Assembly: GCF_006345805.1 (NCBI RefSeq)
Contig: NC_043017.1
Coordinates: 248,001 to 312,000, forward strand
Reading direction: 5' to 3'
Origin: Octopus sinensis
Lineage: Eukaryota
DNA: 64,000 bases
In this document: positions 11,944 through 23,994 of the stretch, one piece after another
How the letters are laid out: the number at the start of each line of letters is the position of its first letter
How positions within the stretch are numbered: position 1 is the first letter of the stretch
Program-made: the position numbers and the translations under genes
Notes under the pieces: generated by a model
What the model was told of the DNA's origin: nothing
Seen by the model: the letters and a program-made list of their open reading frames with translations, nothing else
Database searches by the model: none

Positions 11944-13506
11944 CTAGCAGAATTGCCCGGCGTTGCTCGGGGCTGAATTGCTTGAAAGTACTGTTAATGA
12001 TTGCACTGAATTATGATGATTATTCAGGCAAATATTGAAATAAGCTTACGGTGGGAGATAAGGACTTAACGCCAAACGTGTGCCATTGCATTGTTTTGGG
12101 GGAACCAAATTTCTGATGAGCATTATAGGGGCACTAACTTTAAGTTTGAGAAAGTGTGGTGGTAGTCCGGGGTGCTCAAAGGAATTGAGTACCTCTATTG
12201 GATAGTTGATGACGTCCTCTGGGTCAGGAGTTGTATCGATAGACTGATATACATCGACTTCCCCAGGAATGAGTTTTAGCATTTCATCATTAATATGGTG
12301 AACAGTTTTATTCCTCGGGGCCAGTATAGCCTTTTTGCCAATCCAATCCATATTCTGATAATTAGCTTGTAAATCTGGGAACACTGCATCTCTGAGATCA
12401 GAAGGCGTCTTAACAATGGTACAAATGGAATCGATGGCAATATTACCATTTTCATCCCCTGGTATTTTGCCTTCGCCAAGTGCAAGGAGAGTGTGAGGAA
12501 ATGCTGGTGATGTGATATTACGTTGCATATGAGCACGCATATTGGTGTGAAGTTTGAGAGTTACTTCCGTTTATTTTTAAAAATATGCATTAACATGGAA
12601 AAAAATGATGGTAAATTATTTGTAAAATCATAGACTCATCGTAGACGCGCGCTAATACCCAGAAGGGCTCGATATGAATCACGACTATAAGATACCCGGT
12701 TTCAGTTTAGTCTTCCTCAAATCACTCTGTCGCTATTTACTTTCATTTTATTCGTTGCACACTGTGTGTGTGCGTGTGCGTGTGGTGTAAACCACATTAA
12801 GAAAAGCATTTGACACACACACCATCGCAAAATGTGGGAGTAGTTAGGAATCTAAATCGGAGTAGACAGACACACACACATACATACACACACACACACA
12901 CATACATGCATACATACATATACACATAAACCGAGTAAAAAATTTCAGTTATCTCTCTTTCACACATTACTCTCTCTGTCTCTTCACACACACTAACAGA
13001 AGCACTTCACTTACACAACATACTGTCTGTCTCCCACACTCCATCAAACACACACACACACACACATGTACATCAATGAGTCCCATGCACGGTAACTTCA
13101 AAGGAACTTCCCTCGTCATACAATCGCTTTCTCTTAGTCTCTTCGCTCTCATTACTTATGTAAAAAAATAAAAGTTTTTTCTATGTGTGTAAAGAGGAAG
13201 TGGGAGGCAGAGTGAAAGAATCACTCACTACAGTAAGTGAATTACTTTCATTTTATTCCTTGCCACTGTGTGTGTGCGTTTGCGTGTGGTGTAAACCAGA
13301 CTAAGAAAAGCATTTGACACACACACCAGAATGTGAGTTTTCTGTAAATTTTGCTTAATTGGAGTTTAAATTTTAAAAACTGGACCTGGCGTGACGCGAT
13401 GCATTGTACTCTTAAAACTGCTAGGTAAATTGTAATTGAAGAAATCCTATATTGTAGATTTGTATAACTCCCAAAGGGAGGCAGATAAAATCTGCCTTTT
13501 ATAATA

Positions 13507-13509
<3 letters not shown>
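11944..13509 (-). mobile_element. Internally deleted Helitron (copy A) carrying a helicase fragment
   Basis: Same TC, hairpin and CTAG termini as copy B, plus a PIF1-like fragment on the same strand. Confidence 0.88.
12046..12540 (-). pseudogene. Helitron RepHel PIF1-like helicase fragment
   Basis: AILAPRNKTVHHIN, YPIEVLNSFEHPGLPPHFLKLKVSAPIMLIRNL and CNGTRL motifs. Confidence 0.92.
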
Positions 13510-13537
<28 letters not shown>

Positions 13538-13539
13538 CT

Positions 13540-13815
13540 ATGAGCTTCTTTCATATTCTGTCAAACAAATCGATTCACAAGTTGTTGGTTGGTATGGGGC
13601 TATAATGGAAGTCCCTTGTCCAAAGTGCCATGCAGTGGGACTGAACCTGGGACCATGTGGTTGGGAAGCAAGCTTCTTACCACACAGACACACCTGGATT
13701 CCATGCAGTTTCTGTCAACCAAATCCACTCACAAGGTACTGGTCAGCCAAGGGCTATGGCAGAAGACATGCTCAAAGTGCTGTGGTCTGAGATTGAACCT
13801 GAAACCACATGGATT
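13540..13815 (-). mobile_element. SINE family A 5' parts, two adjacent fragments
   Basis: GTGGGACTGAACCTGGGACCATGTGGTTGGGAAGCAAGCTTCTTACCAC is the reverse complement of the tRNA-like head. Confidence 0.6.
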
Positions 13816-14334
13816 AATTTTTTTGGACAAAAAAGAGTCTCATGTTTGTATTGCATTGATTGTAGATATACTCAATCAGGGCTAGCCTAGGGTTAAATAG
13901 TGCATGCATCTTATTTAACATAATATATAGCAAGGAGGGTGTTCTAACGTGGTGAGCTATTCTGCTAGATATAGCAGTCAAATCAGTTCCAAATTTACAC
14001 CTGACTCTTAAAAAAAAAAAAGAAGGGCACATCAGCTGTTGACATCCTTGATACATATATACACACAAACACACACACATACGTACATATGTATGTATGT
14101 ATACAGTCAGAATTTACAAAAAAAAAACTAAAGGCAAAGACAAGTGTATTACAACAAACATGTGTATTAGTTTAACACTTGGGAAGGTGAGAAAGTCTGT
14201 TAAGTTTCGATCCTATATATATATATCATGGGATGGCCATGGATGGGATAGGATATGATTATAGATCTGCAGGACCAAGGGTGACATTGGAATTAAACAA
14301 CATACATACATCTGTCACACACAGACACACACAC

Positions 14335-14500
14335 TCGTGGCTGGTTGGTAAGAAGTTTGCCTCTCATACATATAGTTCTGGGTTCAGTATCACAGTGCTC
14401 TCTCTCTCTTGGCAAGTGTCTTCTACAATAACCCATGGCCGACCAAAGCTTTGTGAGTGAATTTGGTACACTGAAGCTGAAAGAAGGCTGCCATACACAT
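14335..14500 (+). mobile_element. SINE family A 5' part
   Basis: TGGTAAGAAGTTTGC...TTGGCAAGTGTCTTCTAC...GGCCGACCAAAGCTTTGTGAGTG. Confidence 0.6.
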
Positions 14501-14965
14501 ATATACATATAACACAAAGGAATAGAGAATTTACATCCAGGCAGATCACTTACACACAATCTCTTAAAATTCAGACATGGCTAATAACACTGAATATTAG
14601 GAAACATGAAAAATCGTTTGGAATAAACAATTGAGTTCTCTTTGAAGGGTTTCAGGCAGAATTTGGAGTATACTATCAAGACAAAATAATGAAGAATGCA
14701 GAGTTGCTTATCTTTAAAATTTATTTAATGAAAATTATTTTCTGCATGTTAAATTCCAACATGTGTTTCTCCGGAAGAAGTGTCTTAGGATGCTTTGATA
14801 TGATTGTTTTGTGGATCTAATCAATTTATATATACATACATGTGTGCGTGTCCGTCTGACTGTATACTATATTTGTTCCACATCCTCACGTTGTTGTGTT
14901 TTTTTTGTGCTTTCTTGTTTGGATTAACTTTATATATATGTGTGTGTATATATATATATACACAC

Positions 14966-15015
<50 letters not shown>

Positions 15016-15161
15016 CAAGAATTTAGAAATATCTATCCAATATACTGCTGGTAGAATACCTAATTATTAGTAATACACAAATGTTTTTTACTGCATTGCA
15101 ATTACATTACCGAGTGTACAAAATGAGTGAAGGTAAAGAGATATTTTACCATTAATTTATA

Positions 15162-15568
15162 GAGCAATAAGAAAATGGAGGGGATCAATAAGTGGTTCGT
15201 CAACTTTTAGACATTATATTATGTTAACTTATTTATTTACTTACTAAACTGTTAATTACAATAATATACATACATATAACATATCACTCTTTACATATAA
15301 GATATGAGGTATAAGATATAGTAATATATAAGGATACCAGTAATTATTATAAAAAACATGAATATAAATTGGGATGTTTTTTTATAATAATTACTGGTAT
15401 CCTTATATATCACTATATTTTATATCTTATGTGTAAAGCAGAATATGTTATACATGTATGTATATTCTTGCAATTGTCATTTTAGTAAATAAATAAATAA
15501 GTTGACATAACATAATATAATGTCTAAAAGTTGATGAACCACCTATTGATCCCCTCCATTTTCTTATT

Positions 15569-15572
<4 letters not shown>
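15162..15572. repeat. Foldback palindrome with ~200-bp arms and a ~14-nt loop
   Basis: GAGCAATAAGAAAATGGAGGGGATCAATA...AAGGATACCAGTAATTATTATAAAAAACAT is mirrored in 15374-15572. Confidence 0.88.
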
Positions 15573-15649
<77 letters not shown>

Positions 15650-15669
15650 ATATATATATTATAGTGGAG

Positions 15670-15880
15670 TAGGCTGGTTAATGGGGTTACCCTGGGTTTC
15701 TCACTCGGAAGGGGTTTAGCCTACAGTGTATCTTCCGACCCCAAACATTGCTGGCCTGTGACCTCTTGAACACATATTTTGAAGAGGTCTCAGGCCAGCA
15801 GTGTTTGGAGTCTGAAGCTATGCCATAAGGCTAAACCCCTTATAAGTGAGAAATTCAGGATAATGCCATAAACTGGCCTA
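15670..15880. repeat. Palindromic MITE-like element with a 14-nt loop
   Basis: The inner stem 15732-15767/15782-15817 pairs 32 of 36 positions; the outer arms are more degenerate; TA tracts flank the element. Confidence 0.8.
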
Positions 15881-16360
15881 TATATATATATATATGTACG
15901 TGTCTGTATATGTATTAAATCATCTATGTATGTGTGTACCACTGTGTGTGTATGTGTGTATCTGCTTCTATACACACACATGTCCTTGCGCATGTGATTC
16001 TGTGTTTCAATATAAACATATACACACACGACAACGGTCTCTCTCTCATTGATTCCAGTGTAAGAGTTGGGCATCCAGTTCTTCAACCAACTGAACATCC
16101 TGCTTATTAACATGTGTGGAGTGTCCCTGAGTATTGTACAGATACATGTATCCTTAACATAATCCACAGACAGAAGACTGGTCCCCTGAACAGCAGGTGT
16201 GGCAGGCTTCTATGAAGTTTCCATCAACTCAAATTCACTCAGGTTGATACAAGGTTTAGGAAAACACACTTGAGCATGATGCTGCACAGTGGGAATGAAC
16301 CTGGGACCTTGTAACGGTAAAGCAAACTTCTAAGCCACTGAGCCATGTTTGTATACATAA

Positions 16361-16414
<54 letters not shown>

Positions 16415-17089
16415 TATATTATAATATACATATATATATATATATACATACTATATATATATACACATATATATACACACATATATATACACACATATAT
16501 ATACATAATATTATATACATATACATATATATACACATATATATATACATATACATATATATACACATATATATATACATATACATATACACATATATAT
16601 ACACATATATATATACATATACATATACATATACATATCCGGTTCCGTTTTCAGCAGAGAAAGACGTGATTGCCTTTGCTCTGTGAAAAAGTTTGCATAG
16701 AACGGCGAAATAACCCACTGTAGTTGCAAAACGTAAAACTCTAAGTCATAGAGATCACTACAACACTTGGTTAAAATATTTTTAAAATATATATATAAAT
16801 ATATACATATACACAGTAATTTTCATTTTCGCCGAAACGCACATGGTGCAAAAATAACTGAATCAAGTTATCTCCTGCAAGAAAGAAAAAGAAGTATCTC
16901 TCCTGAAAAAAATCCCGTAAACCAAAAAAAATAATCCAGACCACATTGTTGGATTAAGTATCAATTTCATCTATTTCATATTTTATTTATTATTCTATTT
17001 TATCTTTCACTTAGGCCCACATCTTAGTTAAAGTTGCGATCGTCATTTTGTTTGTTTACATTTTCAATAACTGTTCTCGATATAATAAT

Positions 17090-18350
17090 TTTCCAGATAC
17101 TCTATCTTCTAATTAGCCTTAAGATTAATTAAATAACGTTAATATTGATACCGTCAAATTAGCCTTAGGATTAAATTAAATAACGTTTAATATTGTTTAA
17201 TATTGTTAATAATTATTGTTAATTAGCCTTAAGATTAAATTAAATAACGTTTAATATTGTTTTAATATTGTTATAATTTTTCAGATACTCTATCTTCTAA
17301 TTAGCCCTAAGATTAATTAAATAACGTTTAATATTAATAACGTCTAATTAGCCTTAGGATTAAATTAAATAACGTTTAATATTGTTAATAATTATTGTTA
17401 ATTAGCCTTAGGATTAAATTAAATAACGTTTAATATTGTTTAATATTGTTAATAATTACTGTTAATTAGCCTTAAGATTAAATTAAATAACGTTTAATAT
17501 TGTTTAATATTGTTAATAATTATTGTAATTAGCCTTAGGATTAAATTAAATAACGTTAATATTGTTTAATATTGTTAATAATTATTGTTAATTAGCCTTA
17601 GATTAATTAAATTAAATAACGTTTAATATTGTTTTAATATTGTTAATAATTCTTCAGATACTCTATCTTCTAATTAGCCTTAAGATTAAATTAAATAACG
17701 TTTAATATTACCCACACTCTAATATAATATTAACATTGCTAATATTTTTTCAGATACTCTATCTCCTGATTAGCCTTAAGATTAAATAACGTTTTTATCC
17801 ACACTCTAATATAATATTAATATTGCTAATATATTTTCAGATACTCTATCTTCTAATTAGCCTTCAGATTAAATTAAATAACGTTTAATATTAATAACGT
17901 CTAATTAGCCTTAAGATTAAATTAAATAACGGTTAATATTGCTTAATATTGTATATATAATTTTTCAGATACTCTGTCTTCTAATTAGCCTTAAGATTAA
18001 ATTAAATAACGTTTAATATTACCCGCACTCTAATATAATATTAATATTGCTAATATATTTCCAGATACTCTATCTCCAAATTAGCCTTAAGATTAAATAA
18101 CGTTTAATATTACCCACACTCTAATATAATATTAATATTGCTAATATATTTTCAGATACTCTATCTCCTAATTAGCCTTAAGATTAAACAACGTTTTTAT
18201 CCACACTCTAATATAATATTAATATTGCTAATACATTTTCAGATACTCTATCCCCTAATTAGCCTTAAGATTAAATAACGTTTTTACACAAACTTTAATA
18301 TTGTTAATATTTCTTTTTCAAGTACTCTATCTTCTAATTAGCCTTAATAT
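17090..18350. repeat. AT-rich minisatellite with variable 35-80 bp units
   Basis: Recurrent TTTTCAGATACTCTATCTTCTAATTAGCCTTAAGATTAAATTAAATAACGTTTAATATT modules. Confidence 0.92.
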
Positions 18351-18408
18351 CTTCCTGTCTTCTCTCGAACATAATTAGATAGATAAACGGATAGACGGAT
18401 TATCCAGC

Positions 18409-19225
18409 ATGTCCAGAGCATGGAGACGTGACGAGCTGGATTTATTCGTACGAGCATGGGAGTGCGCCGGCGGAGATAGCCCTAGCGAGGTGATTGCGGC
18501 TGCGCTGAAGAGCAGAGGCTACAAGGGGACGGCGGCTCAGATGGAGCGAAAGAGACAGGAATTCGTGCGCTCATATGCGCTTGTACGGTCGCACATTGGC
18601 GCACTTGATGCCATCTTTGAGAACGAGCGGGGCAAAGATGGCAAGGATGGAGACGATGAAGAAGTCCCACCCCCCCTGGTGGACGCCCGGGAGGAGGTTT
18701 TGAATGAGAAACCTGCCCGGAAGTGAACCCAGGTGCAAGTTCTCCAACTGGCAGCAAGGGCCATGAGACGGAGAACCCGGTGAAGAGGTAGAGGGAGGAA
18801 GAAAACTAAAAGAAGGACTGGAAGAGCTAAAGGAAAAGAAAAAAGCTCAAGCAGGACCAAAGAGTGAAACAACCAGAAATAGAAGTGGAACTGCAAAGGA
18901 TGGAACCAAACAGCGCACACGGGTGTGTATGTTCTACCTGAGAGGTTCCTGCTGGCATGGAAAGGAAGGTGCAGGCTGCCGCTTTGCACATCGGGGACCC
19001 TGCCACAGAGACACAAGGCAGATGGACAACACCATCAACACAAAGAAAAGGGATGGACCACGCACCACCTGCCCCAAAGCGGAGGTACGCAGATGTTGTG
19101 CGCGCCACAAACAGCCAAATGATGTTGTCAAAAAAGCAGCTGCTGAGCAACAATCTTTTTTGTGCATGGCACAAAAGATTGTACAGCAGCTGACCTGGCT
19201 TCATCAAACCCAAGCCCGCAGGTGA
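18409..19225 (+). pseudogene. LINE ORF1 with Myb/SANT-like trihelix and CCCH-type zinc finger, frameshifted
   Basis: MSRAWRRDELDLFVRAW...IAAALKSRGYKGTAAQMERKRQEFVRSY, then CMFYLRGSCWHGKEGAGCRFAH (C-x7-C-x8-C-x3-H). Confidence 0.7.
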
Positions 19226-19268
19226 GACTACCCACTATATACCAGCCACCACAGCAAACAGACACAGG

Positions 19269-22250
19269 ATGGACACGCCGGCAACCAACGTACACCTCAC
19301 CTCGATACTCCTACTGAACATCAGAGGACTGCAAACACTCAGTAACAGGACAAAATCCCGTTCCTGAGAGACTTTGTTGCATGCAATCAAGCCATATGCA
19401 TAGCCTTACAGAACGCACCTGAAACCGGACATAGCAGATGCGGAGTTACACATACCACAGTATGCTGTCTACGGACCGACAGGAAGAAAGGAGTCATGGA
19501 GGTGTTGCTATGTACATCCGTGAGGACCTCACACCCCAGGTCCTCTTGTCATACTCAAACTCGGGGTGTGTGACACACTAATTGTACATATTAACAACTT
19601 GATGTAGTTGTGTGTGCTACATATCGCCCTCCAGATGCCCCAAGCCATGTGGGCAAGTTTGAAGACTGCCTTATAAAAATAGAAGAAATTCTAACCACAT
19701 TAGAACAACACATAGTGTGCTTCTTATGGGAGACTTCAATCTGCCCAATGTCAGATGGCCCGAGGGCCTTTCTCTCCCAGGAAATGACAAGATGTGAACG
19801 AGGACAGGCGAGGTCCCTCCTGAACCCTCATCAACACCCTGTACATGGAGCAGGTAATACTCCCAACCCAACCAGGCAGGTACACACTGGATCTCTGCTC
19901 ACAAATGACCTCGATCTCATCCATAATGTGAAAGTGACACCGACACTACTCTCGGATCACAACATGATAGAGCTGACATGTACGGGCCAAAAGAAGCACG
20001 GACATGCAGCCTACAAGAAACCCTCAAATCTTTCCAGCTTGAACTACCACAAGGCAAACTGGAAACAATTGAGAAAGAGATCCTCAAACAAAACTGCCTA
20101 AATGTCTCTCCTCGCCAGACTCGACGTGAAACTTCAACATTCATGTCTGTAATGCAAGCCATATGCTACAAATGTGTCCCAGAGAGAGAACGGCCCACTG
20201 TACACAAGAACAAAATCCCCAGAGAGAGGAAAATCTTAATGAGACGGCGTACGAAATTTTCAAATCGCCTAAACAAACAGATTGAAAGCAGTGAAAAGTC
20301 CCGCCTAAAAATAAACTGTTGGAAATCGAAAAATGTCTGCAACTCTCCCATGAAAAAGAAAGAGCAGACAGAAGCCTGGGCTATAGAAACACAAAATCTA
20401 ACCCCAGAGCTTTCTACAGGTATGCCAAAGAAACAGCTACAGTGCACTGTAGAATAGGGCCACTCCTCGAAAAGGATGGCACACTTACAGGAAAACCAAT
20501 GAGGGTAAGTGAAATACTGAATGAGCAATTCAAGAGTGTTTTCACTCCACCCCTTGGCATCTCCAAATCACCAATCCAACTGACTTTTTTACCACTGCAG
20601 ATATAAATATCAGAGGCGGCGACGATAGATTACTCGATATAAAGGAAGACGATGTAACCAAGGCTATAGATGAAAGAAACACACTCAGGTACTGGCCCCG
20701 ATGGATTCCCGGCAATCCTCCTAAAAGCATGTAAGAGAGTCCTAGCAAGACCACTGCAGTTCCTCTTTCAGAGCTTCCTTGCAGCTGGCAAACTTCCAGG
20801 AAAACTGAAGGAAGGTAAAATATGCCCCATTCATAAAGGAGGTAGCAAGCGGAAGCCAAGAACTATAGACCTATCTCTCTGACCTCACACATCAGCAAGG
20901 TCATGGAACGAATAGTCAGAAGGAAGCTGATCACCTTCCTTGAAGAGAATGACTTGCTGCCCGACACCCAACATGGTTTCCGACCAGGGAGAAGCTGTTT
21001 AACTCAGCTCCTACAACACTATGACTGGGTGCTGAAAGGCTGCTCAACCACTCAAATGTGAAGTGATATATCTCGACTTTGCAAAGGCCTTTGATAAAGT
21101 CGATCATGGAATGATATGTCACAAACTGCGTGATCTCAACATAGTTGGAAAACTGGGAGAATGGCTTCATGACTTTCTGAAGGATAGAAGTCAGGTGGTA
21201 GTAGCCAATGGGGCACCACCTCCATTAACACACAAATAGTGAGGGGGGTTGTTCCGCAGGGCACTGTTCTGGGACCACTACTGTTCATAATGGCCCTCTC
21301 AGCCATGCCCTCAGCCACGCAGAGAGCCACGATCACAAGTTATGCAGATGATACAAAAGTTTTCACAGGCAATACAGAACCCTGAGGACACTAAACACCT
21401 GCAATGTGAGCTGGACGAAATATACAAGTGGGCTGAAAAGACTAGCATGCAGTTCATGCTGGAAAGTTTCAAGCTTTATACTATCAGCATGCAAAACTGA
21501 ATGCAATACCCAATGAATACACTGGACCCGGGAGGGATTGCAATCCACAGAGGCACAATCAGTGCGTGACCTGGGTATTCACATGAGTGATGACGCGACC
21601 TTTCATGTACATGTTGCTAAACTGACAATGAAATGTAGACGGCTGGCTGGATGGATTCTTAGAACCTTTAGAACAAAGAGAACAAGAAACCATGATGATG
21701 TCCTCTGGAAGACACTTGTCGAAGCACTTTGACTATTGCTCTCAGCTATGGTCACCATCCAGTGTCAAGTTGATCACAGAACTTGAGGCGATCCAACGAA
21801 GCTACACCAGAAAGATAGCCTCATGCAGAAGTAAGCTACTGGGAAAGACTCAAGAGATTAAAATTATATTCCCTGGAGCGTAGGCAGGAAAGATATGCCA
21901 TAATATACATCTGGAAAATCCTGGAGGGAAGTGTCCTGAACTTGGCATCGAGAGTTACGCAAATGCCAGAACTGGGCCGCCACTGCGTGGTGCCTAGGAC
22001 TCCAAACCTGCCATCAAGATGTAGGACAAGATTCTGTGATAGCCTGGCTTCCGAGGCCCACAGCTCTTCAATATCCTCCCCGAAGAACCTGAGAGACCTG
22101 CATGGGGTGGATACAGATGTCTTTAAAATGAGCTGGATCTCTTCCTGTCAGGTGTCCCAGATGAACCAACTTCACGGCAGGAGGGGCAGATGAGGGCAGC
22201 TGCATCGAACTCTCTCATGCACCAAATAGCAGTTGCTAGAAAGCCTCCAT
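19269..22250 (+). pseudogene. CR1 ORF2 (APE endonuclease plus RT), heavily frameshifted
   Basis: Fragments [51 protein letters not shown] and FDYCSQLWSP. Confidence 0.9.
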
Positions 22251-22410
22251 GAAGTGAAACCAAGTAGCAACACCAAATGGCGGTGCTCCAGCATGGCCAC
22301 AGCTCATGAGCTGAAACTAGAATCAATCAATCAATCAATCATACATACATATACATATACATACATATATATATATATACAATACTATATAATATACATA
22401 TAATATATCC

Positions 22411-22470
<60 letters not shown>

Positions 22471-22669
22471 CATATATATTATATACATATATATACATTA
22501 CATAATATATATATACATATATATACATTATACATATATATACATATACATATATATTATAATACATATATATACATATATACATATATACATATATATT
22601 ATATACATATCTATATATATACATATATATATATATATATCATATATATATACTATATACATATATATG

Positions 22670-22822
22670 ATTGATTGATTGATTTGATTCTAGTTTCAGC
22701 TTATGAGCTGTGGGCATGCTGGGGCACCGCCATTTTGTGTTGCTACTTGGTTTCACTTCATGGAGGCTTTCTAGCAACTGCATTTGGTGCATGAGAGAGT
22801 TCGATGAAGCTGCCCTCATCGC
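22670..22822 (-). mobile_element. CR1 3'-end fragment, same subfamily as 16639-22335
   Basis: Near-identical reverse complement of 22185-22335, including the (ATCA)n tail. Confidence 0.85.
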
Positions 22823-23624
22823 ATATATATATATACATATATATATATACATATTATATATACATATCATTATATATATACATATACATATATATACATA
22901 TATATATATTACATATAGACATATATACACATATACACTATATACATATATATACATATATATATATACATAATATATAATACATATTATATATACAGAT
23001 AGATATATAATATACTATTATATATACATATATTAAACATATATATCTATACAATATATATATATACAATATATATATATCTATATATATATATTATATA
23101 ACATATATATATTAACAGATATATATATACATATTATATATACTATATATATAATAACATATATATACACATATACATATACATATATATATATACATAT
23201 ACATATATTATTACATATACATATATATACATATACATATATATATATATACATATACATATACATACATATACATATATATATACATCCATATACATAT
23301 ATATACATATACATATATATATACACATATATATACATATATATATACACATATACATATATATATACACATATAATATATACATATATATACACAGATA
23401 TATACACATATATATACACAATATATACATATATATATATACATATATAATATAATACATATATATATTATACATATATATATATATACATATATATACA
23501 TATATATATACATATATATACATATATATATACATATATATACATATATATATACATATATATACATATATATACATATATATACAGATGAACATATGTA
23601 TATATATACATATATATACAGATG

Positions 23625-23790
23625 AACCTACCTCACGACAGGAGACACGGATGCGGGCAGCAGCATCGAACTCCCTTGTTGATCAAGTGCCACGTATCAG
23701 AGGTGGATTCACAAACTAGTGTGGCTCATTCAGCGGTGGTGCCCCAGCATGGCCGCGGCCTTCGGGCTAAAACATTTTTAAGGATTTAAG
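23625..23790 (+). mobile_element. CR1 3'-end fragment, same subfamily as 2261-3930
   Basis: About one substitution relative to 3755-3925, with the same TTAAGGATT tail. Confidence 0.9.
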
Positions 23791-23925
23791 GATTTATATA
23801 TATACACATATATATACATATACATATATGTATACATATACATATATGTATACATATACATATATATATACATATACATATATATATACATATACATATA
23901 TATATACATATACATATATATATAC

Positions 23926-23979
<54 letters not shown>

Positions 23980-23994
23980 CACACCATATATATT

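Larger units (their letters stand above)
16639..22335 (+). mobile_element. Near full-length CR1-clade LINE with ORF1 and ORF2 and many 1-bp indels; 5' boundary inferred
   Basis: ORF1 from 18409; ORF2 APE start LLLNIRGL near 19269, through RT to a 3' (ATCA)n tail. TACATA tracts bound the segment at about 16638 and 22340. Confidence 0.8.
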
